From Octopus bimaculoides (Eukaryota): 64,000 nucleotides of DNA. The stretch is taken from the NCBI RefSeq assembly GCF_001194135.2, contig NC_068983.1:145607760-145671759 (forward strand). The letters run 5' to 3'. The notes under the pieces are model-generated. The model made no database searches. It saw only the letters and a program-made list of their open reading frames with translations, and was not told where the DNA came from. Made by a program: the position numbers and the translations under genes. This document shows, piece by piece, positions 36,690 to 50,030 of this stretch (positions within the stretch are counted from its first letter, which is position 1; every line of letters begins with the position of its first letter).

Positions 36690-37689
36690 TAGAAAGTATA
36701 GACTGTATAAATTCTGACAACAGTTGATTTCTTGGTAAAATACTGTCATAGGATTTATAAGTCTTGAGACTAAAATGAGTATGTTGGTAGACTAGTAACA
36801 TGAGATTGGTGTGCCAGTCCTAGTAATACAAGAATGTATTGTTGTTGCAACATTTTTACAACTGAATAATAATCAGTTGATAAGTCTTGCATTAATTTTC
36901 TGTCAGTTTGAGCATGTTATTCTGTTTGCAGAAATTCCTTCTCCAGTTGTCTATTCAATGTCAATTTTCCACTAAGGCCTAACTTGAAGAAAATAAATTG
37001 ATTTAGCTTTTACTATAGTCATTATCATACTGCATAGCTATCAAATCAATATTTGATTGTTATACAGTGTAATACTTCCAATACATCTCAGTTCACAAAT
37101 TAACTCCTGCCAGGATTCAATGTTGTTATTCATTCCTGTATAGTTGATAAAATAAAACAGTAATAATATACTTGGGTCAGTCATTTCTGTCAAATATTAG
37201 CTGTAGTTGTTGCTTTCAACAGTTGACTGAGCACCTAATTCTAACTTGGCTGAGCACCTAATTGTATCAAGGCCTAGCACCTAAGACACAACTTGTAATG
37301 TGGTTTTTAGAATAGCCACACAATACCCTTACAAGTCATAAGAGCTAACTAAAACAAATGGTATCAAGAAAGACATCCAGCTATAATTCATTATCTCAGA
37401 AAGTTCCATCTAACCCTTGCTAGCATGGAAAATTAGATGTAAATTAGTTGTTGAGAACATTTCTTAGGTGTGGATTATATGTGGAACAAATGAAGGTGAA
37501 CATGAATGTGGGATATTTTGAACAAGTTGAGTTGCCATCTGTTGGTGGACATAGCACCTTCGTAAAAAACGGTAAAAAAAAAAGTTTTTAGAACACCTGA
37601 AAACAGAATATTAATTCTGAGGATGTTACAATGTGAAATACAAGGAAATAAGTGATTGTATTCTGGATGGAGTATGTTGTTGTTAACTG

Positions 37690-37910
37690 GTAGAATTTTA
37701 GAGCATTGGTAAAATACTTTGCAGCATTTGTTCTAGCTCTTTATGTTCTGAGTTCAAATCTCACCAAGGTCAACTTTGTCTTTCATCCTTTTGGCATTGA
37801 TAAAATAAAGTACCAGTCAAATATGGGTCAATGCAACCAACAATGTAACATAATGGTTACTCATATCTCTCTCTAAAATTACTGGCCCTGTGCCAAAATT
37901 TGAAACAATT
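37690..37910 (+). mobile_element. Degenerate Meta-domain SINE
   Basis: gagttcaaatctcaccaaggtcaactttgtctttcatccttttggcattgataaaataaagtaccag; CpG sites decayed. Confidence 0.7.
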
Positions 37911-38773
37911 ATTTTGTAGTGTGTGTGTGTGTGTGTGTAAAAAAAATTTATATAAAAAAAAAAAGAAGCAATTTCCAGATTGGTTTCATCTTTAATGCTC
38001 TTTATCATGCATATAACACAGTGCAAATGGCAGGATGTGAACTAATGACCATTTAACTGGCAGTTTGATGCACTTTTAATCTAGACAGCTAAGGTTATGA
38101 ACTCCCTTTAAACATCCTTAATATTTCATTATATATTTTTTCGTTATATTATATTACATCCTTTTCTCTTCTATGGGTGGGATTGTTTGGAAAATTTAGC
38201 TAATGTATTTTTATCTGGATACCCTTTAAACAGTAAAATTATTAACCATCCACTCTAAAATAGCAGCAGCAGCTATTTTAGGATCAAGGTATGTTAAATA
38301 ATGTTGCTTGTTTTATGGATTACAACACAGTGGCTGTAATAATTTTTGATCTCACAATCATTTTGCCAGAATCCCTATGACTCATACAGATATATCCTTA
38401 AATTTTGGCCTAAGATAGATTTGTAATAAAAATTCATCTGAAAAAAATTCTCATTTCTCACAATATCATGGTAATGTCTTGTTTGCCAAATGTTTTTAAA
38501 TAAACGTTTTTATTTGTATTTTTTCATTGTTTTTCTTAAATAAATCAAAGTAGTTGTTATAGGCTGCAATCTAATGGGGCTACCAGATTATTGCATTTCA
38601 TTGAGTTCACTGTTTTTAAATATTAATTTTAGGGAATGTTTAAGGTTTGATGCACAAACCATTTATTTCTATTTAACACCAGAGTTCAGTGGATTAGATG
38701 AATAAGTTTAATGAGTAAATTTGAGTAAAGATAATAGAGATAGAGTTACAAAACAGCAAATAGTGAAATAAAG

Positions 38774-38774
<1 letters not shown>

Positions 38775-38839
<65 letters not shown>
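38775..38839. repeat. (GA)n microsatellite next to an N-gap
   Basis: Direct reading. Confidence 0.95.
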
Positions 38840-39395
38840 NNNNNNNNNNNNNNNNNNNNNNNNNNNNNNNNNNNNNNNNNNNNNNNNNNNNNNNNNNNNN
38901 NNNNNNNNNNNNNNNNNNNNNNNNNNNNNNNNNNAAAAAAAAAAAAAAAAAAAAGACCAACTGCAAATAATTTACTAGAAGTATTTTCCATGAAAGAATT
39001 ATGTGAAAGGAAAAATCAATATGTTGTCATGCATGCATGCAATGAGGCACACACATACACATGCATGCATAAACATGCTATCTGTATTGTTTTCATGAAG
39101 AGTAATTTGAGGAAAAGGAAAGCACCCTCACTGATCCATTGTTTACTATTTTGTTGTGTAATGAGGTTTTTAAGCCTGCACTGTCATTCATTGGCATGTC
39201 CATTAGAAATTATTCATGTTGAGGCGGGTTAAACTGAGAAACTTTTCCAGAGAGAGAGAGTAAATAAAAAATAATATAAAGTATTTGTTTATTCAAATTT
39301 GATTTCTATGATGATCAGTTATTTATTTTACTCAGTGCTAAAGTATCCTGTACATTAAACCATAAAAAATCAGAAGAATAAGTATTTACTTCTCT

Positions 39396-39607
39396 TCCTC
39401 CTATAAATGGAGTAAAACTGAGTCAGCTGTTTGATCTTTTGTACGTGGCAAGATGATCAACTTCAAGGAAGAAAGAAATGGAAGTTGTGGTGTTTAGCCC
39501 CTTCCCTGGAATATTTGTTGTGTAAATGAAGAGAAATAACTCCAACCTAGATTTGAAATTGACTTCCCTGCAAGCACATGACTCAGTTTTACTCCATTTA
39601 TAGGGGA
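39396..39607. mobile_element. About 210-bp MITE with 26-28-bp near-perfect TIRs
   Basis: cctataaatggagtaaaactgagtca (39400-39425) versus tgactcagttttactccatttatagg (39579-39604). Confidence 0.8.
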
Positions 39608-40669
39608 AACACCAAGTAACATAATGGTTACTCATATCTTAGCAATATTTCATTGAGTAAAAAAAAATAAATGATTGTCAACAATAGTGATATACTGTGC
39701 TTGGGAAGACCTGTCAAGCCAAGTGAGATCATAGTCATGGCTGATGCCGTGTTACATAACCGGTACACATGCTGGTGGCATGTAAAAAGCATCCACTACA
39801 CTCTTGGAGTGGTTAGTGTTAGGAAGGGCCATATTAGGTTGAAACCTGGTGCAGCTCCCCAGCTTACCAGTTTTCAGTCAAACCTCTAAACTGCTACCAA
39901 AGGGATGTAATATTTCCAAAGTTTTCATTCATCCTTATCTAAACATAATATATCCACTGTAATTTACATATTAGTTTTAATCAGTACCATATTATAGTAG
40001 AGTGGATGTAGGTATAGTTGTAGACAAGAAGTTTAGCTTGTGACCATTTGGCTCAGAGCCCACTACCACTGTATGACACTTTGGGCAAGTAGCTTCTACT
40101 GTAGCCTTGTGAGAGAGACATTTGACAAGTGGACACTGCATACACAATATATGTGTGAGCATGTGCTTGCTTGCATGTGTACACCCCCCCCCCCCCACAC
40201 ACACACACGGGGTGTGTGGTTTAGAAATTTGTGAGAGTGTGAAAAGAGAGTGAGAGATAATGAGGAAAAGAATTTAGTGTAAACACAGGTGGAGTGGGGT
40301 GTTAGGAAGATGAGTTATGAGGGAGAGATCTGTCGGTGACAGATTGTGTGCTGGTAAGTTCCTGTAAGTTCACTCTGGTGTAAAAGGATATATATATACA
40401 CACACACACATACACAGATGCGGGTGTGGGTGTATGTTTCTCCTGACATTGCTTTACCACCAGTGTTGTTATAGTGGTTCAGCAAAAGGCACTTATAGAC
40501 CAGACATAAATAGCAATAAGTAACAGTGCAATGACTGAAACACGTAAGAAGACAAAAACAGAAATGAGTGTCATTTTACTTCTTCATTCTGAGTCTTTGT
40601 GTTGCCTATTGGAGTCCATGAAATAAATACCAAGTACATAAATTCCCTATGAAATTTCCCTGGAAAATT

Positions 40670-41420
40670 GTTAGGGTACAAGTAGGGGTTCACCAATGAT
40701 TGGTCCTCAGCCCCCTCGTGTTCATCTTCCAGGCAATGACAGAGGAATTCAAGACAGACTGCCCCTGGGAGCTCCTCTATGCTGGTGACTTTGTTCTTAT
40801 AGCTGAATCACTACCAGAACTAGAGAAGTTTCAGGCATGGAAGCAAGGTCTAGAATTGAAGGGCCTTAGAGTTAACCTAGCAAAATAAGCCTTAGTAAGT
40901 AGGAAGGTAGACAAATCACATATCCCTTCAGGTAGATGGCCCTGCTCGATCTGTAGAATAGATGTAGGTAGAAATTCCATAACATGTACCTAGTGTAAGC
41001 TATGGGCACATAAGACGTGCAGCAATATCAGAGGAAGGTTAACAAGGAAAATAGCTTTTGTGTGTGGAAGACGCTGGGCAACGTTTAGAGAGCTCTTATC
41101 TCTGCTGGCAACAAAGGGCCTCTCCCTCAGAGTGAAAGGCAGATTGTATGATGCCTCTGTGTGAACAGCTATGCTATACAGTAGTGAGGGCATATGTAGG
41201 CTTGAAAGCAATGAAGCCAGTATGCTTCACTGGGTGTGCAATGCCAGTGTGCATGTTTGACAGTGTAAGTGTCTTGAGAGGAAGGTTGGGCATAAGAGGC
41301 ATCAGATGTGGTATGCAAGAGAGACAATTGTGTTGGTATGGTCATGTGATACATATGGACAAGGACAGCTGTGTAAAGAAGTGCCAATCTCTAACTGTGG
41401 AGGGAACCTGTGGTAGAAAT
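40670..41420 (+). mobile_element. Degenerate RTE LINE RT fragment
   Basis: CPWELLYAGDFVLIAESLPELEKFQAWKQGLELKGLRVNLAK…LGIRGIRCGMQERQLCWYGHVIHM. Confidence 0.85.
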
Positions 41421-42499
41421 GAGATTTTGACTAAATACAGTTGATCCAATATAAAAATCCTCAAAATATAACTGTTGCATGAATTTGGATGAAATTTCTG
41501 GTACATGAGTGTACATTGTGAATGTGGCTTTTACATGTTGTGTTGCTTTCATTAGCCAATGTAGGTTGAATACAGTTAAGTTGATTACAGAGAGAGAGAG
41601 AGAAGACAGAGACAGAGATATATTGATCCTGAGTTATTGATTTCCTGTCCCAGATCTGAAATTTTGCTCTAGTTAATCTGTGTAACTTGGAAGTTCAGCA
41701 ATTCCCATCAGTGATGAGAGAGAGAGAGACAGAGAGAAAGATCCATGATGTGCTTTGAACCCCTCCATTCAAAGGTTTTTAAGGTTAAGCAAATTAGTGT
41801 TATTTAGAATATCCCCCCCCCCCCCAAAAAAAAAAAACTACTAGCTTGCAGAGACTTACATTTAAAAAGTATCATCAAATTAAAATTTTTGTTCATCCAT
41901 ACCATTGATGCAATATCAACTAGATGACACTCGTGTTCTGAATTGATAAATCCAACATTACTTAGATGAAATATCATTCTAATTATTTTATCCATATCAC
42001 CCTAATTATTTTATCCAAGTTCAAACACTCTCTAATTAAGTCATTAGTATATGAATAATTAACATATAATATCACTAAGTTATAACACAAGTGCCTGTAG
42101 TATTAAATGCCATTATATTCAATAACCAATGGGAGTAAAATTCAGAGAAAAACACATGCATGCACATACACACACAATGCAAGCAGGAAATCTTTTGAAA
42201 GGAAGTTCTTTCTAAAATAACGCTAAATATTATTTCTTGTTCAGAAGAATACTTAGTTCCAGTTTTTGACTCCAAACAACAACACGGTTTGAAGTGGTTT
42301 AAGATCTGGCAGCTCTATACCTATACAAGTGTCTGGATAATAAAGACAATAAGGGACTGGATAACTATCTGAATAGTTTGTCAGTGGCAAAGATTTTCAA
42401 CTCTACAACCAAGCTGACATAACTCTAAGTAGATAGCACTTGGTGATAAAGTTTATTCCTGCAAACAGACTCAGCACTATAAAACTGCTGACCAATTTT

Positions 42500-42735
42500 G
42501 TTTGCTTAGTGACACTCCACTGGTTATGGCAATGAGTTTCCAGTTGATTTGATCAACAGAACAACCTGCTTCTGAAATTAATGCGTGAGTAGCTGAGCAC
42601 TCTATAAACATGCTTACCCTAAAAGTTCTCAGGGCGATTCAGCATGACACAGAATGCTACGAGGCTGGCCCTTTGAATTAGAGGTGCAACTCACTTTTGC
42701 CAGCTGAGTAGACCTAAGCAGTGTGAAATAAAGGA
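42500..42735 (-). mobile_element. SINE family C/B body
   Basis: Reverse complement matches the shared 3' body at 3739-3900. Confidence 0.65.
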
Positions 42736-42739
42736 CACA

Positions 42740-43170
42740 ATGCACTTCATTCCTCTTTAGTCTTTGCATGCTCTCCATATTTAGAGCCCATGTCTCACTA
42801 CCATGTAGCATTGCTGTTCATATACATGCATCATACAATTTACCTGTCACTCAGAGAGAGAAACTTTTGGTTGTCAACAGAGGTAAAAGTTCTCTGGACT
42901 TTCTCCATCTTATTCTTCATCTAGCAGTAACACTCTTGGCACATCCTCCTCCTCTGCTAAATAGGTCACCTAGGTAGCAGAAATTATCTACTACTTCTTG
43001 AGGAGCATTTGAGAAAATCAAGGGCCATTTTATCTGAAGGGGTGAAGGTCTGTCTTCTTGCTTACTAGAACCTTGGTCTTTGCTAAGTTAACTTTAAGGC
43101 CCTTCAATTCCAGGTTTTGCTTCTATGCTTTGAATTTCTTTTCTAGTTCTGTCTATTCTGCTATCAGAAC
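42740..43170 (-). mobile_element. Degenerate RTE LINE fragment
   Basis: Minus-strand translation includes GLKVNLAKT, FCYLGDL and MLHGSETWALN. Confidence 0.75.
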
Positions 43171-43219
43171 AAGGCCATCAACATAGAATAGTTTCCATGG
43201 GGGCCAGTCTTAAATTTCT

Positions 43220-43475
43220 TTCTCTATATATGTGCTTATATTTGTTTGTTTGTGTATGTCTGTGTTTGTACCCTCTTACTGCTTGACAATCAATGTTAGT
43301 TTGTTTACATGTCTGTAACTTAGTGGTTATGTTATCAAATGGGATGGAGTGAATAAGTACCAGACTGAAAAAGAACAGAAACAAACAAACAAGCTTAAGT
43401 AGTGAGGTTGATTTGTTTGACTAACACCCTTCAAAGTGGTGCCCTAGAATAGCTGCAGTCCAATGACTGAAACAA
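43220..43475 (+). mobile_element. SINE family A, 3' part
   Basis: gcttgacaatcaatgttag…gtaacttag…gcagtccaatgactgaaacaa. Confidence 0.65.
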
Positions 43476-43509
43476 ATGACAAAAGATAATACATATGAAC
43501 ATGTATGTA

Positions 43510-43990
43510 TATCATCATCATCAGCATTTAATGTCTGCTTTCCATGTTGGCATGGGTTGGATGATTCCACATGGACCAGGCTAGCTGGGAGCTGTCCAGA
43601 CTCTAAATGTCTACTGTGGCATGGTTTCTATGACAGAGTGTGCTGGGTGCTCTTCGTGTGCCACTGGCACAAGTGCATTCTTGCAGCACAAACATGGGTG
43701 CTTTTTATGTGGCACTGACATCTGAAAGTACAAACCTGTATGTTGGAGGATAACGATTTAACTTAGCTTGGTGTGTCTTATCAAGTATAGCAAATCACCA
43801 CACTTCCTAGTCCCTTGTCATTTCCTCACTGAGGCCCAGTATCCGAAGATCCTTTCTCACCACTTTGTCCCACATCTTCTTGGGTCTACTCCTTCCACAA
43901 ATACCCTACACAGTTAGGGCTCGGCACTTCTTTACACAGCTGTCCTCATCCATATGCATCACATGATCAAACTAACCCAGTCTTCTCTCT
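43510..43990 (-). mobile_element. RTE ORF end and 3' tail
   Basis: Reverse complement encodes a frameshifted …DSCVKKCRALTV…RPKKMWDKVVRKDLRILGLSE…; tail ends in (CAT)n on the plus strand. Confidence 0.75.
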
Positions 43991-45099
43991 TACACAAGAC
44001 ATTTGATGCCCCCTCTCTATCTGTGCATGTGTGTGAGACAGTTGAAAGTTCTAACAAATTAACTTATCAATGAGAAATAGTTGCTTTCTATTAGTTTGTT
44101 TGTCAAATGGCCACAGCTTGGTCTTAAATGGTCTGAATGTAATATTAATTTTGAACTTAAATTGCTTATTAACTTGTAGGGCTAGTATGTGAAAAATAGA
44201 ATATTACAAATATTCAGTGTTATTTTTTAATATTGTTGTCATGCTGAAGAAAGTAAACATTGTTTCCATAGTGATAGACTCTGTACTTGTATTTTTACAG
44301 TAGTGTTTTTATTCCCTGCAATATTTTTATTTGTATTCTCGTTACAGCTTACTTGATTATTCACTGTAATTATCACTGATATTCTAGTTATATATAGTGA
44401 ATGTAAGTTTCAAGTACTTGTTGTCTGACTAGTAGCATCTTTTTAGAACTGCATGAACGTCACACAGTCTCTTTTCTATCAGTTTCTCACCATTAAAGGT
44501 AAACTGTGAAGTGTGTGTGAGATATGTGATTCTGTGTGGGGAAACATCATAAATGATGAATGCATCAACAGGAACTGGAGAAGAATGAGCTAATGATTGT
44601 CTGTTTGGTTGAAATGTAAATTTGTGAGACTAACTAAATACAAACTGAATGAGGAAAGTGGTTGGGTATCAAATGTATTAACTAATATTTGCACTATCAT
44701 AAACATGTAATGCTAGCTGTAAAAAAAGTACTTTTAAGTTAGTGCTGAAAGGCATCAGCCTGTGGTAGCTGTAGATCAAACAGACTTGAAAGGAAGTGTT
44801 ATATTAGATCTATGGACATTAGATACCACAAAGGAGCGAGTACATCAGTGAAATGCAAGGAATGATATTGAAATGAAAATGTTATTTCATGCTAGGTAAA
44901 AATAAATGAAAATGATGTTGATATTCCTCTTAGTATTTTCTATTCTGAGTTTAAATCCCACTGGAATTGTCAAATCTTTTATTTCAGTTGTGGGTTCAAC
45001 AAGTACTAATATCATCTGGACAAAATGGAAGAACTTACAAAATCTGGTTCAGTGACCTAATCAAAATGAAACATTATTTGACAAAATAGTTTTGTGTTA

Positions 45100-45480
45100 T
45101 AGTTATGGGTATGGGATAAAGAAGTTCTCTTCCTGACCACATGGTTTCAGGTTCAGTCCCACTGCATAGCACCTTGTGCAATTGTTTTCTAATATAACCA
45201 TGGGCTGATCAAAACCTTAACAGTGGTGTGTGTGTATGTAGGTGTGTTTGTGTCTTGTCTTGACATCATATGCCAGTTGTAAATAAGCATCACTGTCATA
45301 CAAGTGGTGTTCTTTCTGAAAACATGTCCAACCATGGGGAAATATTACCTAACTTAGAAACAAGTAAAGGTTGGCAACAGGAAGGGAATCCAGCTGTTGA
45401 AAAAAGTCTGTGTTACTGAATTGTTTCTGATCCATGCAAGCATGGAAAATTGGACCTTAAGACAATGATGATGATTATGG
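45100..45480 (+). mobile_element. SINE family A head followed by an RTE-tailed SINE
   Basis: ccacatggtttcaggttcagtcccactgc; ccatggggaaatattacc…aggaagggaatccagctg…catgcaagcatggaaaattggacc…atgatgatg. Confidence 0.7.
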
Positions 45481-46049
45481 ATGTAACCAAGAGCTAGTGG
45501 TTTTGATGATTGCAATTTGATGGTTAAATGGATATTAATTAAAACTCTCCTTATTTTTCAGTTTTTAGTCTGTATTCTATCTTTTCTTCTCACAATTAAT
45601 TGTGTAGACATATTTTTGTCATCTGTTCAAGCACATTATATTCATAGATCATTAACTAATATTATACTTGGCTTTTAGTTCATTTAAATTAATTTCAGTA
45701 ATTATTACTACTTTTTATTATGGATAATAAATGGTGATCTAATGGCAGAGAAAGTAGAGCCACAGATTAAAATTATTTTATATTGTATTTAGTTTCATCT
45801 TTCTAGTGTTCAAATCTCACCAAATTGTTGACTGTTGTCCTCCATGGTCAATAAAATAATATTAGTAGTATACTGCAGTTTCATTCAATTAATTGTACCA
45901 AATAAATTGTGACCTTGTCTCAATGCTAGATACAATTACTGATTGTGTATGTGTGAGACTTTCACATTGTTTTTGTTTGTTTAGGTAGGCATTGGAATAA
46001 TCTGTTCAGGGGTTATTTCCTTAGTAACATTGACATTGTTAAATGTTCT

Positions 46050-46448
46050 TCAGATGTTGGGCTTCACAGAGGGGCTGACAGGAGACCAAGACTCCTGGCA
46101 GTTTGCTGTGCTTGAGAAGATATGTTAAGCTAAGTAAAGTGGTTGTCCTTGTATACTACTTGCATGTCTCCTACATCCCTTTCCTGCTGAGTGTTCCTAA
46201 TCTTGCAAGCTCGTGGGTGTTGGTGCCATGTAAAAGCACCAATACTGGTGCCATGTAAATGCACTTGTACCAGTGTTGCATAAAAACACCCAGTACACTC
46301 CATATAGTGATTGGCATTAGGAAGGGCATCCTGCCGTAGAAACTATGCCAAAACAGACATGGAGCCTGGGCAGCTCTCCAGCTGGTCAGCTCCTATCAAA
46401 CCGTCCAACCCATGCCAGCATGATAAATAGACATTAAATGATGATGAT
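46050..46448 (+). mobile_element. RTE ORF end and 3' tail
   Basis: LGFTEGLTGDQDSWQFAVLEK matches the RTE C-terminus; common tail follows. Confidence 0.75.
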
Positions 46449-46464
46449 TGTTTTCTGTGTAAAT

Positions 46465-46712
46465 CAGTGGTTCTCTACCACATTTTGCCTGTTGACCCCT
46501 TTGATTCCTATTTTACTCTACTGGACACACCCTCCCTAGCCATTTGAAGTTTTAGCATATCTCGGTATATTTTTATAATTGAATATTATTAGGAATTATA
46601 TAAAAAATGTTTAGAATATGTAGAAGTGTAACTGAGTTATAGCACATAATTTTTACCAACTAAATCTTATATGGGCTCCAAGGTTCATGTGGACCCTGGT
46701 TGAGAACCACTG
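46465..46712. mobile_element. hAT-type MITE
   Basis: TIR CAGTGGTTCTC…GAGAACCACTG; 8-bp TSD gtgtaaat/gtggaaat (7/8). Confidence 0.85.
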
Positions 46713-47290
46713 GTGGAAATAAGGTGAAACACTGAAAAAATTATAACCAGGAATAAAGTTAACTGTATTGTAGACCTGGTTTATCAGAGCCTGTTCTAAC
46801 TGATGTGAATACTCACACCACTGAATTTAAAAAAAAAACAACAAAGAAAACCCCTCCATCTAACCTTCCCATTCTTGTATATTATTTAGGCACTGTAGTA
46901 AATTGTTTGCATTAATAAACATTTAGTTGTTGGTGTTTAGCTCCAGCTGAACCCTAGTAGAGCAGACTTGTGATCAAAGGCTTTCTAAGTCTGAGCATCT
47001 CATTTTTTCAAATGTGACCCTCCATTAATTTTCCCAGATGTGAGCAGCTAGTCTTATTTGGGTCTACTCTATCCTCTCCTCTTTTCCAAGACAGTTAAGG
47101 GAGAGTCAACTGCTGTCTCTCACAGCTCAATCAGTCATGTAGAGATTTTCTTGGTTCTCAGTTGTAAAATATAATGTATCAAGACGTAAATCAGGTCACT
47201 GTTCCTAGTGTCAGTAAACTCAGAGATTTTCCATCAGTAAAGTTAGTTTTAATTGAGTAGAAGTATAAACAGACAAAAAACTAGCATCAG

Positions 47291-47451
47291 GTTAGATTAT
47301 GCCATATATTTAAATGTAAGGGTGGAGTCGTTACAGGAGTGTAACCTTATGAACTACCAGTGGCCAATTGTTATCAGCAGCTATAACATCCCTACGTTTA
47401 ATTACAGTCCAGAATGGATTTTTAGGCAACAAGTCAACCTGAGCCCTAATT
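47291..47451 (+). CDS. Candidate coding exon (LDYAIYLNVRVESLQECNLMNYQWPIVISSYNIPTFNYSPEWIFRQQVNLSPN)
   Basis: 53 open codons in non-repeat DNA, donor AATT|gtatgt; acceptor weak and ambiguous; no recognised homology. Confidence 0.3.
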
Positions 47452-48969
47452 GTATGTACTTGTTACTGTACATCATCAGACGTAATAATTACTTAAAGTT
47501 TGTTTTATGTTCATTAGGTCTGTTTGAAATTATAATTACAAAATATAACTGCATTTGAATGCAATTCAGTATATAAATTTGAACCTATTCATTTCCAATT
47601 CTACACCAAATTGGCAATCATATTATTAATTTCAAATGTAATTTTATAGCCAAATGTCCCTATTAATAATTAATGTTTGTAGAAATGAAATACATTGCAA
47701 ATAATTTCCTTGGTAGAACAGGGTCTGAAATATCGTATTGCATAAAGATATTTGAATTGTAATTTTGATTTTTAACATAGCACAAGGCCACAAATTTGTT
47801 GAAATGTGTTCACATAAATGAATTAACACCAGCATTTAACCAGTATTTATTTTATAATCAGGAAACAATATACAAAATTTGACTGTAACAGTATTTGAAT
47901 TTGGAATGTAGGTATTCAAAATTAAATGCTGAAATAAATTTAGTCTTCTACTCTATTACTTCACAATGGTTAGAGCACCAGGCTTACAATTGAGAGGTTG
48001 TGAGTTTGATTGCTGGACCAAAGCTTTATGATGTGTGTGTGTGTGTGTGTGTGTGTTATACATAGAAGGAACCTAGCCTATTGGTTAGGGTGTTGGGTTC
48101 GCAAGCATATGGTTATTGGGTCAATTCCTGCATTGAGCATTGTATTGTGTCCTTAAACAAGGCATATCATTGCACATTGTTCTAGTTTATTCTGCTGAAA
48201 ACAAGTACAAGTTGACTTCCTTTTGAAATTTGGTCATTCTCTCTCGCACTCCCAATTTTGTTTCTCTTTAAAAAAATTTCTGATCTCTGTTTTTGAGAAA
48301 GTAATTTATTTCATCTTTCTCTCTCCCTCCAGCTGTCACATTCTGGAGGAGGGAAGGACTGAGAGGGTGTGTGTGTTTGCTTGGCATTGCATAGATGCTT
48401 AAAACAATTAGCAAATGAGTGGTACAGGTGTTACAAGATTATACTTGCAAGTGAGAGCGAGTTTGAAAGATAACGAAACACCCCATGTGATGAAGTGAAA
48501 AATAATTGAGATATCCCTACCTCGTGTTAATTGATCAAATAAATGTAGGCTTTGTTTAGCTGAAAGAGTACAGATCCTGTACAGATCTAAGATTCCTAAC
48601 TCTCTACTGAACTCTAGGTCTGAAATTTTCAGCAGTTGCAAGCATATGTATAAATATATTTTGAAGAATTGGAAAATTCCGCCTATTCCTGGTTAACTTG
48701 TTGATATCTTTCCAGCTTTATAATTTAAGGTCTAAGGGGGTAACTCTTCTACCTTTCTTTTTTTACTTTTTAGTTTTTGTGTCTTCGTTTTCTGTTTTTT
48801 AACCTTCCGTGTTTTCTATATGGTGCCTTAGTTTTTTTTTGCATTTCTTCTCTTATTCATTTTTTTAAAGTTTGTTATATGTGATTTGTGCTTGAATATG
48901 TTTGAGATATTTCTCAACATATGAAACTATTAGTAGCACTTAAAAGCATGTATTGTGTCCTTTAAATAG

Positions 48970-49014
<45 letters not shown>

Positions 49015-49016
<2 letters not shown>

Positions 49017-49630
49017 CAAGCCAAGTGAGACCATAGCCGTGGCCTATGCCAGTGCAGCATAACCAACCTATTTAAGAGTACCCTTCAATCATTGGGCAAT
49101 AAACTGTGCTTGCAAAGACCTGTTGAAGTAAGTGAAGTCATTGTTGTGGCCAATTATAGTACCGCCTGATTGGCACCCGTCCCAGTGGCACATAAAAAAG
49201 CACCATTCGAGTGTGGTCGATGCCAGTCCCACCTGACTGGTCCCATGTGGGTGGCACATAAAATACACCATTCAAGTGTGATCATTGCCAGTGCCGCCTG
49301 ACTGGCTCCCATGCCAGTGGCATGTAAAAAGCACCATTCAAGCATGGTCGATGCCAGTGCCGGCTGACTGGTCCTGTGCTGGTGGCACATAAAAAGCACC
49401 ATTCAAGCATGGTCGTTGCCAGTGCTTCCTGACTGGCCGTCATGCCTGTGGCATGTAAAAACCACCTATTACACTCTTGGAGTGGTTGGCTTAAGGAAGG
49501 GCATCCAACTGTGGAGACTTTGCCAGATCGGATTGGAGCCTGGTGCAGCCTTCTGGCTTGCCAGCCCTCAGTCAAACTGTCCAACCCATGTCAGCATGGA
49601 AAGCGGACGTTAAACAATGATGATGATGAT
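49015..49630 (+). mobile_element. RTE 3' UTR with 5 hairpin-array units and tail
   Basis: Units gccagt…actggc…catgcc…ggcatg…aaaagcaccattc repeated at 49150-49470. Confidence 0.85.
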
Positions 49631-49631
49631 A

Positions 49632-50030
49632 TAGGTGCAGGCATAGCTGTATGGTAAGAAGTTTGCTTCTCAACCACATGGTTCTGTGTTCAGTTCCACT
49701 GAGTTGCACTTTCAGCAAGTGTCTTCTACTATAGCTTTGGGCTGACCAAAGCCTTGTGAGTGGATTTGATAGACGGGAATTGAAAGAAGCCCATCATCCT
49801 TTAACATCCGTTTTCCTTGCTGGCATGGGTTCGATGGTTCCCCCCTCCACACCTCACCTTGTTGCTTGACAACTGGTGCTGGTGTGTTTACATCCCCATA
49901 ACTTAGCAGTCCAGCAAAAGAGACCGATAGAATAAATACTAGTCATTTGACTAAAAACTTCTCCAAGATGGGGCCCTAGCATGGCTGCAGTCTAATGACT
50001 GAAATAAGTGACACGATAAAAAGGAAAAGA
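49632..50030 (+). mobile_element. SINE family A containing a short inverted RTE-tail insert (about 49795-49840)
   Basis: Collinear with 13824-14210. Confidence 0.8.

Noticed and set aside
37470-37572. Plus-strand frame CGLYVEQMKVNMNVGYFEQVELPSVGGHSTFVKN
   Set aside because: Donor runs into a poly-A tract and the phase does not match other candidates; unsupported
45975-46120. TM-like frame VGIGIICSGVISLVTLTLLNVLQ…
   Set aside because: Continues directly into an RTE C-terminal remnant; chance fusion
49150-49470. CRISPR-like regularly spaced palindromic repeats
   Set aside because: Whole units repeat with no unique spacers, no cas genes, eukaryotic context; it is the RTE 3' UTR array
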